Shown in pieces: positions 1 through 9,741 of a stretch of DNA of 64,000 nucleotides. This DNA comes from Amoebophrya sp. A120 (Eukaryota; Protista; Dinoflagellata). A program made the translations under genes and the position numbers. The notes under the pieces are model-generated. The model was not told where the DNA came from and searched no databases. It saw nothing but the letters and a program-made list of their open reading frames with translations. The number at the start of each line of letters is the position of its first letter. Positions within the stretch are counted from its first letter, which is position 1. The DNA lies in the NCBI GenBank assembly GCA_905178155.1, contig CAJINV010000003.1, forward strand, positions 3,503,600 through 3,567,599, in the 5' to 3' direction.

Positions 1-96
1 AATTCACCGCCAGCGAGGAAGCTTCAGCGCTGGAAAACATACAGCAGGGTTAGGTACGCTGTCAGCGGCCTACTGAAAGGTTGTACATCTTCCTAC

Positions 97-3000
97 TTAC
101 TGCACCGGGCCGAAAGCGCTGCCCTTGAAGACCTTCAACACGAATGCCGCGAGTGCAGTGGCTTCCGAGTCGCCAGAGACCACCTCAATCGTGTTCCGGC
201 CAAAGTCCAACATGAACTGTGACACCCGCCTATCCAGGGCGCCGGTAGCGCTTCTAGAAGCAGCTGCAGCTCCTGGGACACCACCAGGGTCTACTCGCGA
301 TAAGTCCCCCGTGACTGTCAGTTGCATCTTCGAGTTGCAGTGCGACTGCGAGTCACTTCCCTCGCCGTCTCCCGCTTGCAACAGCGTCCGTCTTGTCGTT
401 ATCCCTTCTGCAAAATTGGAGCGCTCACCTGGAAAATCGAAGTCGGAGTCTCGCGGGCCTATGCGCTCCAGAATGGCCCAGAGCATCATGCCAGATTGGA
501 CGGCTTCGGGAAAGTACAGGATGGAAAGAACTAGCCTCCCCTGGCGCAGTCCGAGTGCTTCGGTTGACGCAGGACGTGAAGTAGGAGCGTTCTCGTGGTG
601 TCTGGCCTCCTGATAGAAGTGATTCATGAGTGTAAAGTAAAACGCGGTTGGCGCTGAAGAGGCCCCGGCCTTTCTCTTTACCCCCAGCATCAACGAGTTT
701 TGCAGCTGGGTCTTCGTCGGAACAGCGGAAACTGGCATGGTACTATGCTCCTCCGGATTTGTTGTTGAGCCCGAAGTACCTCCAGAAGTGATCGGTGGAG
801 CAGGTGGAGGTGCAACAACTGGTGACTGGTCAGTACTCCTAACTTTGACGGTGCCGGAGATAACCTTTCCGCGATGCAATGTCCGCCTCACGGAACCCTC
901 ACTTGCCTGGCTCCGCAGGCTGTCCGTGGAGTCCATAATCCCCAGCGAAACGCTCAAGGAAGAACCTGTTGCTGCATACTCGGGAGAAGTTCGACGGTCT
1001 TGACGCTCGGTTTCGGAAATCGTGGCTGCACTTGTGTCTGCAATTACGCTGGTCCTCGTCTCCCTACCGAGCCCCAACGGGTGTTGCACAAAAACCACAT
1101 CCGGTTCCTTCCGGCTTGCGTCGCTACAGAGGGACTCGGAAATTTGCCTGACAAAGGAATCCATTTCGTCGAAGACCATCTGTTCCTCGAGCTCCGCCAG
1201 GTCAGCGGCGGCCCCTGGGTCGTTCTGCTCCACGAGATGGCGAATCAAAGACAAGTCCTCAAGAATCCCCGCAGTGTTGTCTCCTGAAGGCAGCGCCGCA
1301 CCACCTTCCAGTGCTGCTCGAGTTTGCCGGGCACAGATGTTCTCAACGCCAACTACCTGGTGCTCTACTGCGTGGTCCTTGATGTCCGCGTCCTCAGTCA
1401 GCAGAGGGCCAGAGAAGGTCGGAGTCCGCAAGAACGGATCGTCCATCGAAAGCACCTCGGGCTCCATGTCAGAGGTCGTTTGTAGAGGTCGATCTCTGAT
1501 TGAGGTACTCGAAGTCGTCGTTGTGGAGGAGGTCGTACGGAGGAGCGGCACAGTCACTTCCTCTCGCGGAGGAGCAGTTTGCGCGGGATGGTTGCTCGAG
1601 GGGACTTCTTGCGAAGGAGCCTGGAATGGAGACAAAGCGTATGGCGACGAGGTGGTGGCAGGAGCACTCGGATTGCAGTACCGCGGCCAGCTTGTAATCG
1701 TGGGAGTTGTCGTTCTTGCTCCAGCGGAGCGCGGACGGCGACTGGAAGAAGATGTACCGCGACTGGAAGACGTACTGCAAAAGCCATTCAGGCGGGGGAC
1801 GTCTTCTCTTCCTCCATGTGGAGCGTTTTCTCGGCCCCGCGAATCATCTGCACAACTACGCAAGTGCTGCTTCGAGCTTGCGAGAGGTGCAGGAAATCGC
1901 GAGTCGAAGACACTCCGAGGCCAGGAGTTGGCACCTCCACACGTCGAGGGTCTTTCTTGCTTCGCACAATCTTCTACATCATGCTGGTCCTCTTCATCGC
2001 GTCTTGTTTTTAATTCAACGGTCGTAATTTCTGCAGTATTTTTCCGATTTTGGGGCGCGGAGCTTGGCCGAAGATGAAATCCTTGATGGACTGCAAGTGA
2101 GGACCTGTCTCCCTCTTCCATGCTTTGCAGTCGTGAAGCCTCCGGTTGATGTTCCCGGACAAGCAAGGGCAGTGCCTGCGGCGGAAACGCTCTCCTTGGC
2201 TGCCCTGCTGGACGCTGGTTTTGTGCCTGCGCGCCTTGATTTTTCATGTGGCTCTCAACGTTGCTCTCAGTAAGGGTGGACGAGCGCGTTTTGGCGAGGA
2301 GAGAGGATGCATGCACGACCGATTCTACATCCGCCTCATCCCCGGAGGACGAAGGCAGCATTCCGCCCTCACTTTCGGCCCGTTCTTCCAGCGCGTCAAG
2401 GTCGAAAAGAATCGGATCGTGGGTTGGAGCGGGGCACGGTGCCGATACCGCTCTGCGAAAATCCTCGCCGTTGTGATCGTAAAGCCCCAGTTCCTCGTCC
2501 TCATCCTCGGTGCTGATTTGCCGTTGCGCTCTTTCATCTGGCATGCTCGAGAGAGCGTTATTTTTCTGGCATACTATTCTAAGCATTTCAGTCGTGTTAT
2601 TGTCGGGAACCGTACCAGGACGAGCAGCTGCGTCTGGCCGCACGACGTTGGCACGAACGAGGGCGCTACTTTCCTCACTAGCGGGGCCGCTGTTGTAGTG
2701 CTTTATTCCCTTGTTCTCCTTCTTACTTCCGCTTTTTCCTTTGCGACGTTCCTGCAGCGAAAGGGTGTGAACGGCTTTCAGAATGTGCAGTCTCTCCTCC
2801 TCCGTGGGGTCCGAAACGGAACGACACCAGGAACCCAGGAGCGAGGAATCATTCAGAGATGCCCCGGTGACGTAATCCAGAAAATCACCCGGCGCAGCGT
2901 CGCCTGGCGCTTGTTCCTGGCTTTGGTCTTCATTTTGGTCCTCCTTGATCGCGGGTGGATAACGAGCGACAGCTCCTCGTCTTTTGCGCCTGCGCCGCTC

Positions 3001-5448
3001 GCGTTCCTGTTCGTGACGCCGCTTCAGAAGGGTACTGATCAGACGCGATCGCCACAGCATCTCAAGCGCTCGTCCCCGGTGCGCCAGACTGCAACTAGCC
3101 AGAGCGTGGTGTGTAGTTGTCACACCCTTTCGGAAAAGCGCGGGCTTGTTGTGGCAAAGCAACATACTTTCAAATCTTTCGCTCAGCTCGGCGAGGGACG
3201 CAGCTGAGACTCGCAAATCTTCAGTTGCAGAAGTACCTGCTGGCTCAAGACGATTTGATTCTTGGTGGGATCGCGTGCACCCGGTATCTTCCCTTACTTG
3301 TGCGTCTCGTCGTGCATCAAGGTCAGAGGGTTGCTGAGAACTGATTCCCGGCACCGTTTCATCTCTTCGTCCTTGGTCTGCACGCAGTTCTTGTGTACTA
3401 TCATCTACCGTGTCTGCAAGTCGTCCTGTAACATCGTCGACGGAGGTGCGAGCTCTATCACAGTACCCCTGCGCAGCAGCGCTGGTCAGAAAATTTAGTT
3501 CTCTGTCTGTGGGCGACGAGGGCATGAAGTTCGCCGCGGCTCTCAGAACCGTTGCGGCATGTGGCGAAACCGCATGATCGCTAGGTGAGTTGTGCGGCTC
3601 GACGCGGTCCTCCGCACACTCATTCAGCAAGTGGTGTAGAGGAGAGATGCGATGTGGATACAGCATTGCCATGGAGTTGCGAAAGCCCGAGGGGGACAGG
3701 TGTGCCAAATTGTGAAACGTGGCCGAATCCACCAACTCTTCAGAATCACTGCCACTCGGCGAGACCGCCGCCGGCGAGGGAGGCAGGCTCGGCGGCGGAC
3801 CGCCCCACGATAGCGTTGCCGTGCGAGGTTCATTTCCGCTAGCGCTGTGTCGATGACGTTGCGAAGAACTACTAGACTCTCCGCTACTTCGTGGAGTGAC
3901 TGCTGGTCCCCGACGACCCGTTGACTTGTTCTTGGATCTGGAAGAACTATCGGATCGTTTCGATTTTGATGCGCTTTTAGCTCTACTCGCTGATGCGGAA
4001 GTTGTACTAGAGGACCCTGTTCCGACATTACCTCCGTCCGGCGCGGCAGTATTGACGTCACCCAAAGATAAAGACCCGTGGAGGCTGCTCTGTAAAAGAT
4101 TGGGCGTCCGCGGTCGAGCCGTAGCAGGAGGCGTGGCTACAAGTGACATTTTATTCGCAGTATTGCTCTTCCCCTCCCGCACCGCTGCTGGCTCATGTTC
4201 CCAAGACGTAACTTGAGGCATCATGGATGTCGAGCTACTGGACGAAGATGCTGATGCTCCACCAGCACCTCCCAGAGTGGAAGAAGTGCCGTGCTGTCCT
4301 ACGTAAGAACTACCGTCGCAGTCGTCAAAGAGCCCTGTGCCCGCTCCGAGATACGAGTGCTCCCGCTCTCCCCCTGATCCGCCGCTTCTCGACCGGGAAT
4401 TGCGCCGCGGTGAACGGGGGCTCGCGGGCTCCGAAAGTGGAATCCCTCCGCCGCAGATGAAGTAGGCCAACCGCCCGTGACGCTTCAGTAGCCATTTGGC
4501 AATTGACCAGTGCGCGGCCGTGCTCCACAGATCGTGCTCCGTGCCTGCAATCGCGGCGACCGCGCGCGGACTGGTCGGCTCCGAAGAGGATTGCCGACTC
4601 CAGCGCACGAGCCCTGGCATCAGCAAGCTATCGTCTTCTTCACACGCAGCTACGGCAGTACTAGAAAACTCTTCCCTTCCGCGGTGCGGAGTGACATGAT
4701 CGGTTTTTACTCCAAGAGCGCCCACTACCGCCTGACCGCTCGCCGTCGCCCCGCCACCGAAGGCGTGCTGACTCTCCAGCGCCGAAAGTGGCCACGAGGT
4801 CGAGCGGGAGCGCGGCGCACCGTAAGAGACTTGTTCCTCATCGTCCTGTTCGCTCGAAGATCCGCCTGACACGATCGCACGTGGTTGTCTAGGACGCCTC
4901 TTGGCGACTGCTGCCGCTTCCGTCTCAGAGGTCGTGGATTCCCCACTAGAAGAGTCTTCCCCGGGGAGTCGGTAGCGGCGCTGTCGGAAGTCCTGCTGCT
5001 GCGCAGCACCAAAGATGGATGCAAGTTCTTGCCCGCTGAAAATTGTGGGAAGTCGCGGCACCGTCGACCCACTGGAGGCTCCTGGGCTTCTGGGTGATAG
5101 GAGCGGGTCCCCCGCTCCTGCGCCTTCGCTTGCATCCAGGTCGGCATGCTCATGTATGGCTTGGTCCCAAAAATTGTTGCTCGAACTGCTCTCCGTGGTT
5201 TTCGCGGACGCAGGTTCTTCCGGATCGGAGACGAATGACCGCGCATGATCGAAAATCATGCCGCTTCGTGCAAGGGCAAGTCCAACCCCAACAGCTCTTG
5301 CGCAAAACAACAGAACCGCGGGCAGAAGCACCTGAATAACCGTTGTTCCAACGCTGGCATGACTGCCTCTTCTCGACGGATAACGCATGGAGGTGCGTCC
5401 GTGGGATTTGTTCCCGGTTCCGCATCGTGACGGCGGCGCATCAAACAT
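97..5448 (-). CDS. Large Ser-rich low-complexity protein, N-terminal hydrophobic segment, possible divergent Tubby-like C-terminus
   Basis: 1783-aa uninterrupted ORF. Hydrophobic stretch VIQVLLPAVLLFCARAVGVGLALA near the N-terminus. C-terminal LMLGVKRK...FYFTL and QFMLDFG...ALAAFVLKVF weakly recall Tubby. Start codon uncertain. Confidence 0.6.
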   Translation of the reverse strand: MFDAPPSRCGTGNKSHGRTSMRYPSRRGSHASVGTTVIQVLLPAVLLFCARAVGVGLALARSGMIFDHARSFVSDPEEPASAKTTESSSSNNFWDQAIHEHADLDASEGAGAGDPLLSPRSPGASSGSTVPRLPTIFSGQELASIFGAAQQQDFRQRRYRLPGEDSSSGESTTSETEAAAVAKRRPRQPRAIVSGGSSSEQDDEEQVSYGAPRSRSTSWPLSALESQHAFGGGATASGQAVVGALGVKTDHVTPHRGREEFSSTAVAACEEDDSLLMPGLVRWSRQSSSEPTSPRAVAAIAGTEHDLWSTAAHWSIAKWLLKRHGRLAYFICGGGIPLSEPASPRSPRRNSRSRSGGSGGEREHSYLGAGTGLFDDCDGSSYVGQHGTSSTLGGAGGASASSSSSSTSMMPQVTSWEHEPAAVREGKSNTANKMSLVATPPATARPRTPNLLQSSLHGSLSLGDVNTAAPDGGNVGTGSSSTTSASASRAKSASKSKRSDSSSRSKNKSTGRRGPAVTPRSSGESSSSSQRHRHSASGNEPRTATLSWGGPPPSLPPSPAAVSPSGSDSEELVDSATFHNLAHLSPSGFRNSMAMLYPHRISPLHHLLNECAEDRVEPHNSPSDHAVSPHAATVLRAAANFMPSSPTDRELNFLTSAAAQGYCDRARTSVDDVTGRLADTVDDSTQELRADQGRRDETVPGISSQQPSDLDARRDAQVREDTGCTRSHQESNRLEPAGTSATEDLRVSAASLAELSERFESMLLCHNKPALFRKGVTTTHHALASCSLAHRGRALEMLWRSRLISTLLKRRHEQERERRRRKRRGAVARYPPAIKEDQNEDQSQEQAPGDAAPGDFLDYVTGASLNDSSLLGSWCRSVSDPTEEERLHILKAVHTLSLQERRKGKSGSKKENKGIKHYNSGPASEESSALVRANVVRPDAAARPGTVPDNNTTEMLRIVCQKNNALSSMPDERAQRQISTEDEDEELGLYDHNGEDFRRAVSAPCPAPTHDPILFDLDALEERAESEGGMLPSSSGDEADVESVVHASSLLAKTRSSTLTESNVESHMKNQGAQAQNQRPAGQPRRAFPPQALPLLVREHQPEASRLQSMEEGDRSSLAVHQGFHLRPSSAPQNRKNTAEITTVELKTRRDEEDQHDVEDCAKQERPSTCGGANSWPRSVFDSRFPAPLASSKQHLRSCADDSRGRENAPHGGREDVPRLNGFCSTSSSRGTSSSSRRPRSAGARTTTPTITSWPRYCNPSAPATTSSPYALSPFQAPSQEVPSSNHPAQTAPPREEVTVPLLRTTSSTTTTSSTSIRDRPLQTTSDMEPEVLSMDDPFLRTPTFSGPLLTEDADIKDHAVEHQVVGVENICARQTRAALEGGAALPSGDNTAGILEDLSLIRHLVEQNDPGAAADLAELEEQMVFDEMDSFVRQISESLCSDASRKEPDVVFVQHPLGLGRETRTSVIADTSAATISETERQDRRTSPEYAATGSSLSVSLGIMDSTDSLRSQASEGSVRRTLHRGKVISGTVKVRSTDQSPVVAPPPAPPITSGGTSGSTTNPEEHSTMPVSAVPTKTQLQNSLMLGVKRKAGASSAPTAFYFTLMNHFYQEARHHENAPTSRPASTEALGLRQGRLVLSILYFPEAVQSGMMLWAILERIGPRDSDFDFPGERSNFAEGITTRRTLLQAGDGEGSDSQSHCNSKMQLTVTGDLSRVDPGGVPGAAAASRSATGALDRRVSQFMLDFGRNTIEVVSGDSEATALAAFVLKVFKGSAFGPVQ

Positions 5449-6058
5449 GTTGGTGTTTCAACTATCAGCAGTCACGGTTCTGTTGCTCATTCGGCGTTCG
5501 ACAAAGGAAGACCACATCTTTGTTTTTCCGTACCGACATCAGTGTGAAGTAACATAGCCCTGCGAAAAATTGTATAAGTGAATAAGTGAATAGTGCTTAC
5601 GCGATTTGTTCATATTTTGTGCTCAGAATCAGATAATTTCTGAGTGCGTTGGAAACAAAGACAAGAAGATTGTAGAAGATGAACAAAAATAGCTCAAAGA
5701 AATGGTCCGTGACCGTGTCGTACGAACGCGCGCCGAGCAGAATACGTTTCAATCGCAGTGAGGGAGCTTTTCGTGGTGATTTTTCGCGTGTAGTGTAGCT
5801 AGCAGATCATGGAAGAAGAATTTCCACCAACATCTTCGCAGTTGGTTCTTCACTCCGCCTGTGAGGGGCGAATGAAAAGAATCGCGGATCGAGCGCCATC
5901 TGTGTACTGGTAGATCCTATCGCAAGAAAAAAGTGTTACAGTTACACATTGTGTTGCAGAACACGCATGAGAGGCAACCTCTGTCATGCACGAAATGCTT
6001 TCAAACCTTATTTCATACGTGTTTTCCCGTAGGATTTCTGCAATGCAAGTTTTCTCTC

Positions 6059-9049
6059 TCAGGCAGAGAAATTTGTGTTGCTGGGTTGACAACAAATGTG
6101 TAACTGTAACACTTTTTTCGTGGGATAGATCCAGAGGTGAGGATACTGCTTTCGTAATGACGTGAGAAAATTCGTGCATAAGCAGTCTTCCACCACGTAC
6201 ACCCAGTCGTCGCCTCGTAGGTAATATTCCACCATCACGAAACTCCGCCAGACCAGGTAATCAAGGTGCGATGCATCATCGATCACAACCTTGATGTTGC
6301 GATCGGTGCGCGTTTTTGCGGACTGTACCAAGACTTCCGAGGCTTCTTGCGCTTGTGGATGTTGATCCGGGACAATATTCCTGCGCAGATCTTCATGTAC
6401 CTGGTCCGCGAGGGCGGCGCGCAGCGGAAGAATAAGGTTCGAAAGCTTCTCTCTGTCCAAGGATGTCGGCTTCTCATCGGTGGTCTCCTTCTTTTCTTTT
6501 GCTAGAGCATTCTGATAGTGGGCGACACCGTGCCGGAGTCTGTCTTCCACCTCTATGGGAATCTTGAAGTCGTATTCGGGACGCGGGCTCAAGATCAAAT
6601 CCAAGATTGTCGAGGACGCAAGCTCTTGGTGCAGAAAGTGCACTGCAACGGGCGCAGGTTCATTCTCATCACCAACGTGGCTACTAGAACTATCTTCCGG
6701 AAGTAGTAGATCGGGTGCTGGGTACAGTCTGCTACGTGGCGGCTTCCTCCAGGTACTATCCACAAATTCCACGTTTTGGGCAACGTGGTCACGCTGGTGC
6801 AAGTGCACGTCTAGAACCTCCGGGATGGGCCAGCCGGGCGGCGCGAACAGTTCCTTGCCATCCACCGACTCGATACTCGCACTCAAGTACAAGTCGCTTA
6901 CGCTTTCCGTTTCGGTTTCTCCATTAGGAGCGCCAGCTGAGCTGCTGGTGTTTTTAACACGTTGTCTCATCTTCTGTTGCAGTACCCTTGGTCGGAAGAC
7001 CTTGTCGATGTTCTCGTAGAGACCCAAAGTGCTGCCCTCGGCTTTGTCGCACTGGCGCAGAAGCACGCTGTCCCGCGACCTCCGGGGAACGAGAGTGAGA
7101 TTAAAAATGTCTCTACCACCGGGTTCGATCGAGGTCCCTGTAAGAATCCACGGGGTAGCACGACCCCCGACGAGGCCTCTGTCGTCCGATCGCGCCGATC
7201 GCATCGAGAAGGCGCCGTCGCGCAGCCACAGCGTTTCCAGGTTCCTTAAAAACGGGTGCAAGTTAATGTCGAAGCCGAGTAAGCTGGCTTTTCCTTGGAA
7301 GAAATCGTGCCACATCGCGAGCCCAGTTCCCTGAAGGATTCCTATCTCCAAAACCGTAAACCAGGAGGACGGAGAATTCTGTGAAGATGCAGCCACACTT
7401 TCATCTTCTTGTTCAATTTTCTTCGAAAAGAACAAATGTTTCAAATGCCGGACGTAGTGCGGCGCAAAATGATGCGACGTGCATATCAGCCCGTGGCCCG
7501 CCATCCGGTCCCCTCCGAACATGTTCTGGTCATCATCCGTTACCTTCGTCCCCACAGTGTCACCAACGTGCAAGTCCACGCACTGTCCGTAGCGATACTC
7601 CGCGTTCTTGAGCCGCTGCAACAGAATCCAGTCGCGCAAATCAGCGAACACGTAACGGTCTGGGATGAAAGTGTAGGGCGTTTGCTGCGCATTCAGTACT
7701 TCCGCAGTCACGAGAGGTGGAGCGGTTTCATCATCTCCAAGATGATCTTGTTGTGTGGCAGCAACAGCTTTTGAAGCGATAGCCTCGCACCCGTCTGGCA
7801 CAACGGCGTGGGCGGTACCTAGCTTCGGCAGGCGGAAGGGCGCTGCGCGACAGCCCGTGGTGCGCTCCCACTGCGATAGCGCCGACACGTGAGACATGGC
7901 AAAGAACGTAACACCAGAAAGCTGTCCCTCATTCTGTTGTTCATCCAGTGTGCACGCTGTGGCGTTCGACGGATTCAGCTTCAGCACTTCATTTCGTATC
8001 CAAGCTGTGTTGCGGCGCTTGATGTTGAGATGAGTTGTTGCAGAGGGTCGTGGATCTGTTGCAGCTGGTTCAGAAGCTTCATCTGCAACAGTTGTGGGCC
8101 GAGTCTTATCTGCAGCTTGGTTCAAAACAACTATGACGCGGTCTGCCAGCGCAGAGGCCAGCTGCAGAATGATCGGGATGGACCTTGGGCGGTCCTCTTG
8201 TGTTTCACCACCGGGGCGGGCTTTGACTTGCACCACAACGCAGTCAAATCGCACTGTGCGAATGGACCATCTGTTCTTTTCGTCACGTTCCTCAGCGGCC
8301 CCGTCAACATCCTGTACCGCTTTTTGGTCTGCCTCTTGTAAAAACTCAGCCTGGGTGATGGAGCGAATAAAAACTTCCGCACCGTCAGCGATCTGCAGCG
8401 CAGCATGTTCTTTATGTGGCTGATTCTTGCTTTCCTCCGTAGCCGAAGCGCCGTCTTCTTCGGCAACATGCTCATCTTCATGAATCCATAAATACCGGCG
8501 CAGAAGTCCTCCACGATCTCCCGGCGCGACATTCGCGCCGGAACTCTGGCTCTCGTCCTCTCCATCCACCTGCAGCTCCCCCGTTGAGCCGAATCCGAGT
8601 TTTGCAGAATCGCTTAACGCCCGATGGTGACTACAGGGAGGAAGAACGCCAGGTGTAAACGTGAGGGACTCCTTGTTAAACACAGGGCGTCCTAATGGTC
8701 GGTAGGCCCGGGTTGCGGATGCGAAATTGCGGTCCAGTCTGACGATGAACGACCACAAGGATGCAGCCTCACCTGAAAACTGGTCCTCGCCTGTAGTACC
8801 TGGGCTTCTTGTTCCTAGCAGCTCGCGACGCAAAGAAGAAGCCGTCAAACGACGGCGATCATCCTTGCAGGCAGTTTCAAACCTGCCGACGGGCAAAGGC
8901 TGGAGATGCAACGCGGTAGCTTCCGCATTTTGCCAACACCAGGGTAGGAATAGATAAGCTTGAAGCAATAACGAAGCAGTAAAGCGAGTAAACAGGTCGA
9001 CCCAAAAACGAGAACCACTCAGACGACAAAGCAGAATTGACCCGACCAT
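6059..9049 (-). CDS. Class I SAM-dependent methyltransferase-like protein with N-terminal signal/TM segment
   Basis: Motifs VLEIGILQGTGLAMWHDFF, LLGFDIN, VVIDDASH and YVVED are typical of O-methyltransferases of the Methyltransf_24 type. The domain is interrupted by a long insert. Confidence 0.7.
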   Translation of the reverse strand: MVGSILLCRLSGSRFWVDLFTRFTASLLLQAYLFLPWCWQNAEATALHLQPLPVGRFETACKDDRRRLTASSLRRELLGTRSPGTTGEDQFSGEAASLWSFIVRLDRNFASATRAYRPLGRPVFNKESLTFTPGVLPPCSHHRALSDSAKLGFGSTGELQVDGEDESQSSGANVAPGDRGGLLRRYLWIHEDEHVAEEDGASATEESKNQPHKEHAALQIADGAEVFIRSITQAEFLQEADQKAVQDVDGAAEERDEKNRWSIRTVRFDCVVVQVKARPGGETQEDRPRSIPIILQLASALADRVIVVLNQAADKTRPTTVADEASEPAATDPRPSATTHLNIKRRNTAWIRNEVLKLNPSNATACTLDEQQNEGQLSGVTFFAMSHVSALSQWERTTGCRAAPFRLPKLGTAHAVVPDGCEAIASKAVAATQQDHLGDDETAPPLVTAEVLNAQQTPYTFIPDRYVFADLRDWILLQRLKNAEYRYGQCVDLHVGDTVGTKVTDDDQNMFGGDRMAGHGLICTSHHFAPHYVRHLKHLFFSKKIEQEDESVAASSQNSPSSWFTVLEIGILQGTGLAMWHDFFQGKASLLGFDINLHPFLRNLETLWLRDGAFSMRSARSDDRGLVGGRATPWILTGTSIEPGGRDIFNLTLVPRRSRDSVLLRQCDKAEGSTLGLYENIDKVFRPRVLQQKMRQRVKNTSSSAGAPNGETETESVSDLYLSASIESVDGKELFAPPGWPIPEVLDVHLHQRDHVAQNVEFVDSTWRKPPRSRLYPAPDLLLPEDSSSSHVGDENEPAPVAVHFLHQELASSTILDLILSPRPEYDFKIPIEVEDRLRHGVAHYQNALAKEKKETTDEKPTSLDREKLSNLILPLRAALADQVHEDLRRNIVPDQHPQAQEASEVLVQSAKTRTDRNIKVVIDDASHLDYLVWRSFVMVEYYLRGDDWVYVVEDCLCTNFLTSLRKQYPHLWIYPTKKVLQLHICCQPSNTNFSA

Positions 9050-9741
9050 GAGGTCGCCAATTGCGCGGCTGAATCAATCATGTGCAGCACCAGGCTCAAG
9101 TCAGGAAGAAATAGGGGCAAAGTCATGTAGCAGATTGCAGGAAGCTGCGTGACTGGGATTTCTTCGTTCTGATCGCAATACATAGCCCGAAAGGCAAACA
9201 CAGGTTCCTGAAATGGCTTCAATGACAATGAAGTAGAGAGAGCGGGTTTGCACTTTCCTTGTTTCCGTACAGGTAAACCATATCACAGCGACAGCACGTA
9301 TTCTCATTCCTTCGAGTGATCTTTTTTGAAATTGAAAACGGAAATGAGTTTTTTGTCCCGTTCCAGTACGTGCTTGGTGCGCAAGGGCTTCCATTCATTG
9401 ATTTTACAGTTACACTATCAACAAGCATTCAGAAAAGTAGACATCAAAGAGCTCGGAAATACGTTGAGAGTAAAGTTAAATTTCAGGAATGTCATCATCC
9501 GCTACAACGAACCCCGCTACTGAAGGATGATCCCTAAGTTCATTGTAGTTACCGACACTTGAAAAGTACCATATAGGTGGAGCTGAAGCTATCAATCTTT
9601 CTACAACTAACGTCTTCGTCTTCTAGGCTCTTGCCCCTATCGACGCAGTGAGACAATGGAATAGGACGAGGCTTCAACAGAAGCAGATGAAGAGCAAGAG
9701 GGAGGACACCACTAGAAGTGCCACTTGCAAGCTACTCCTGC

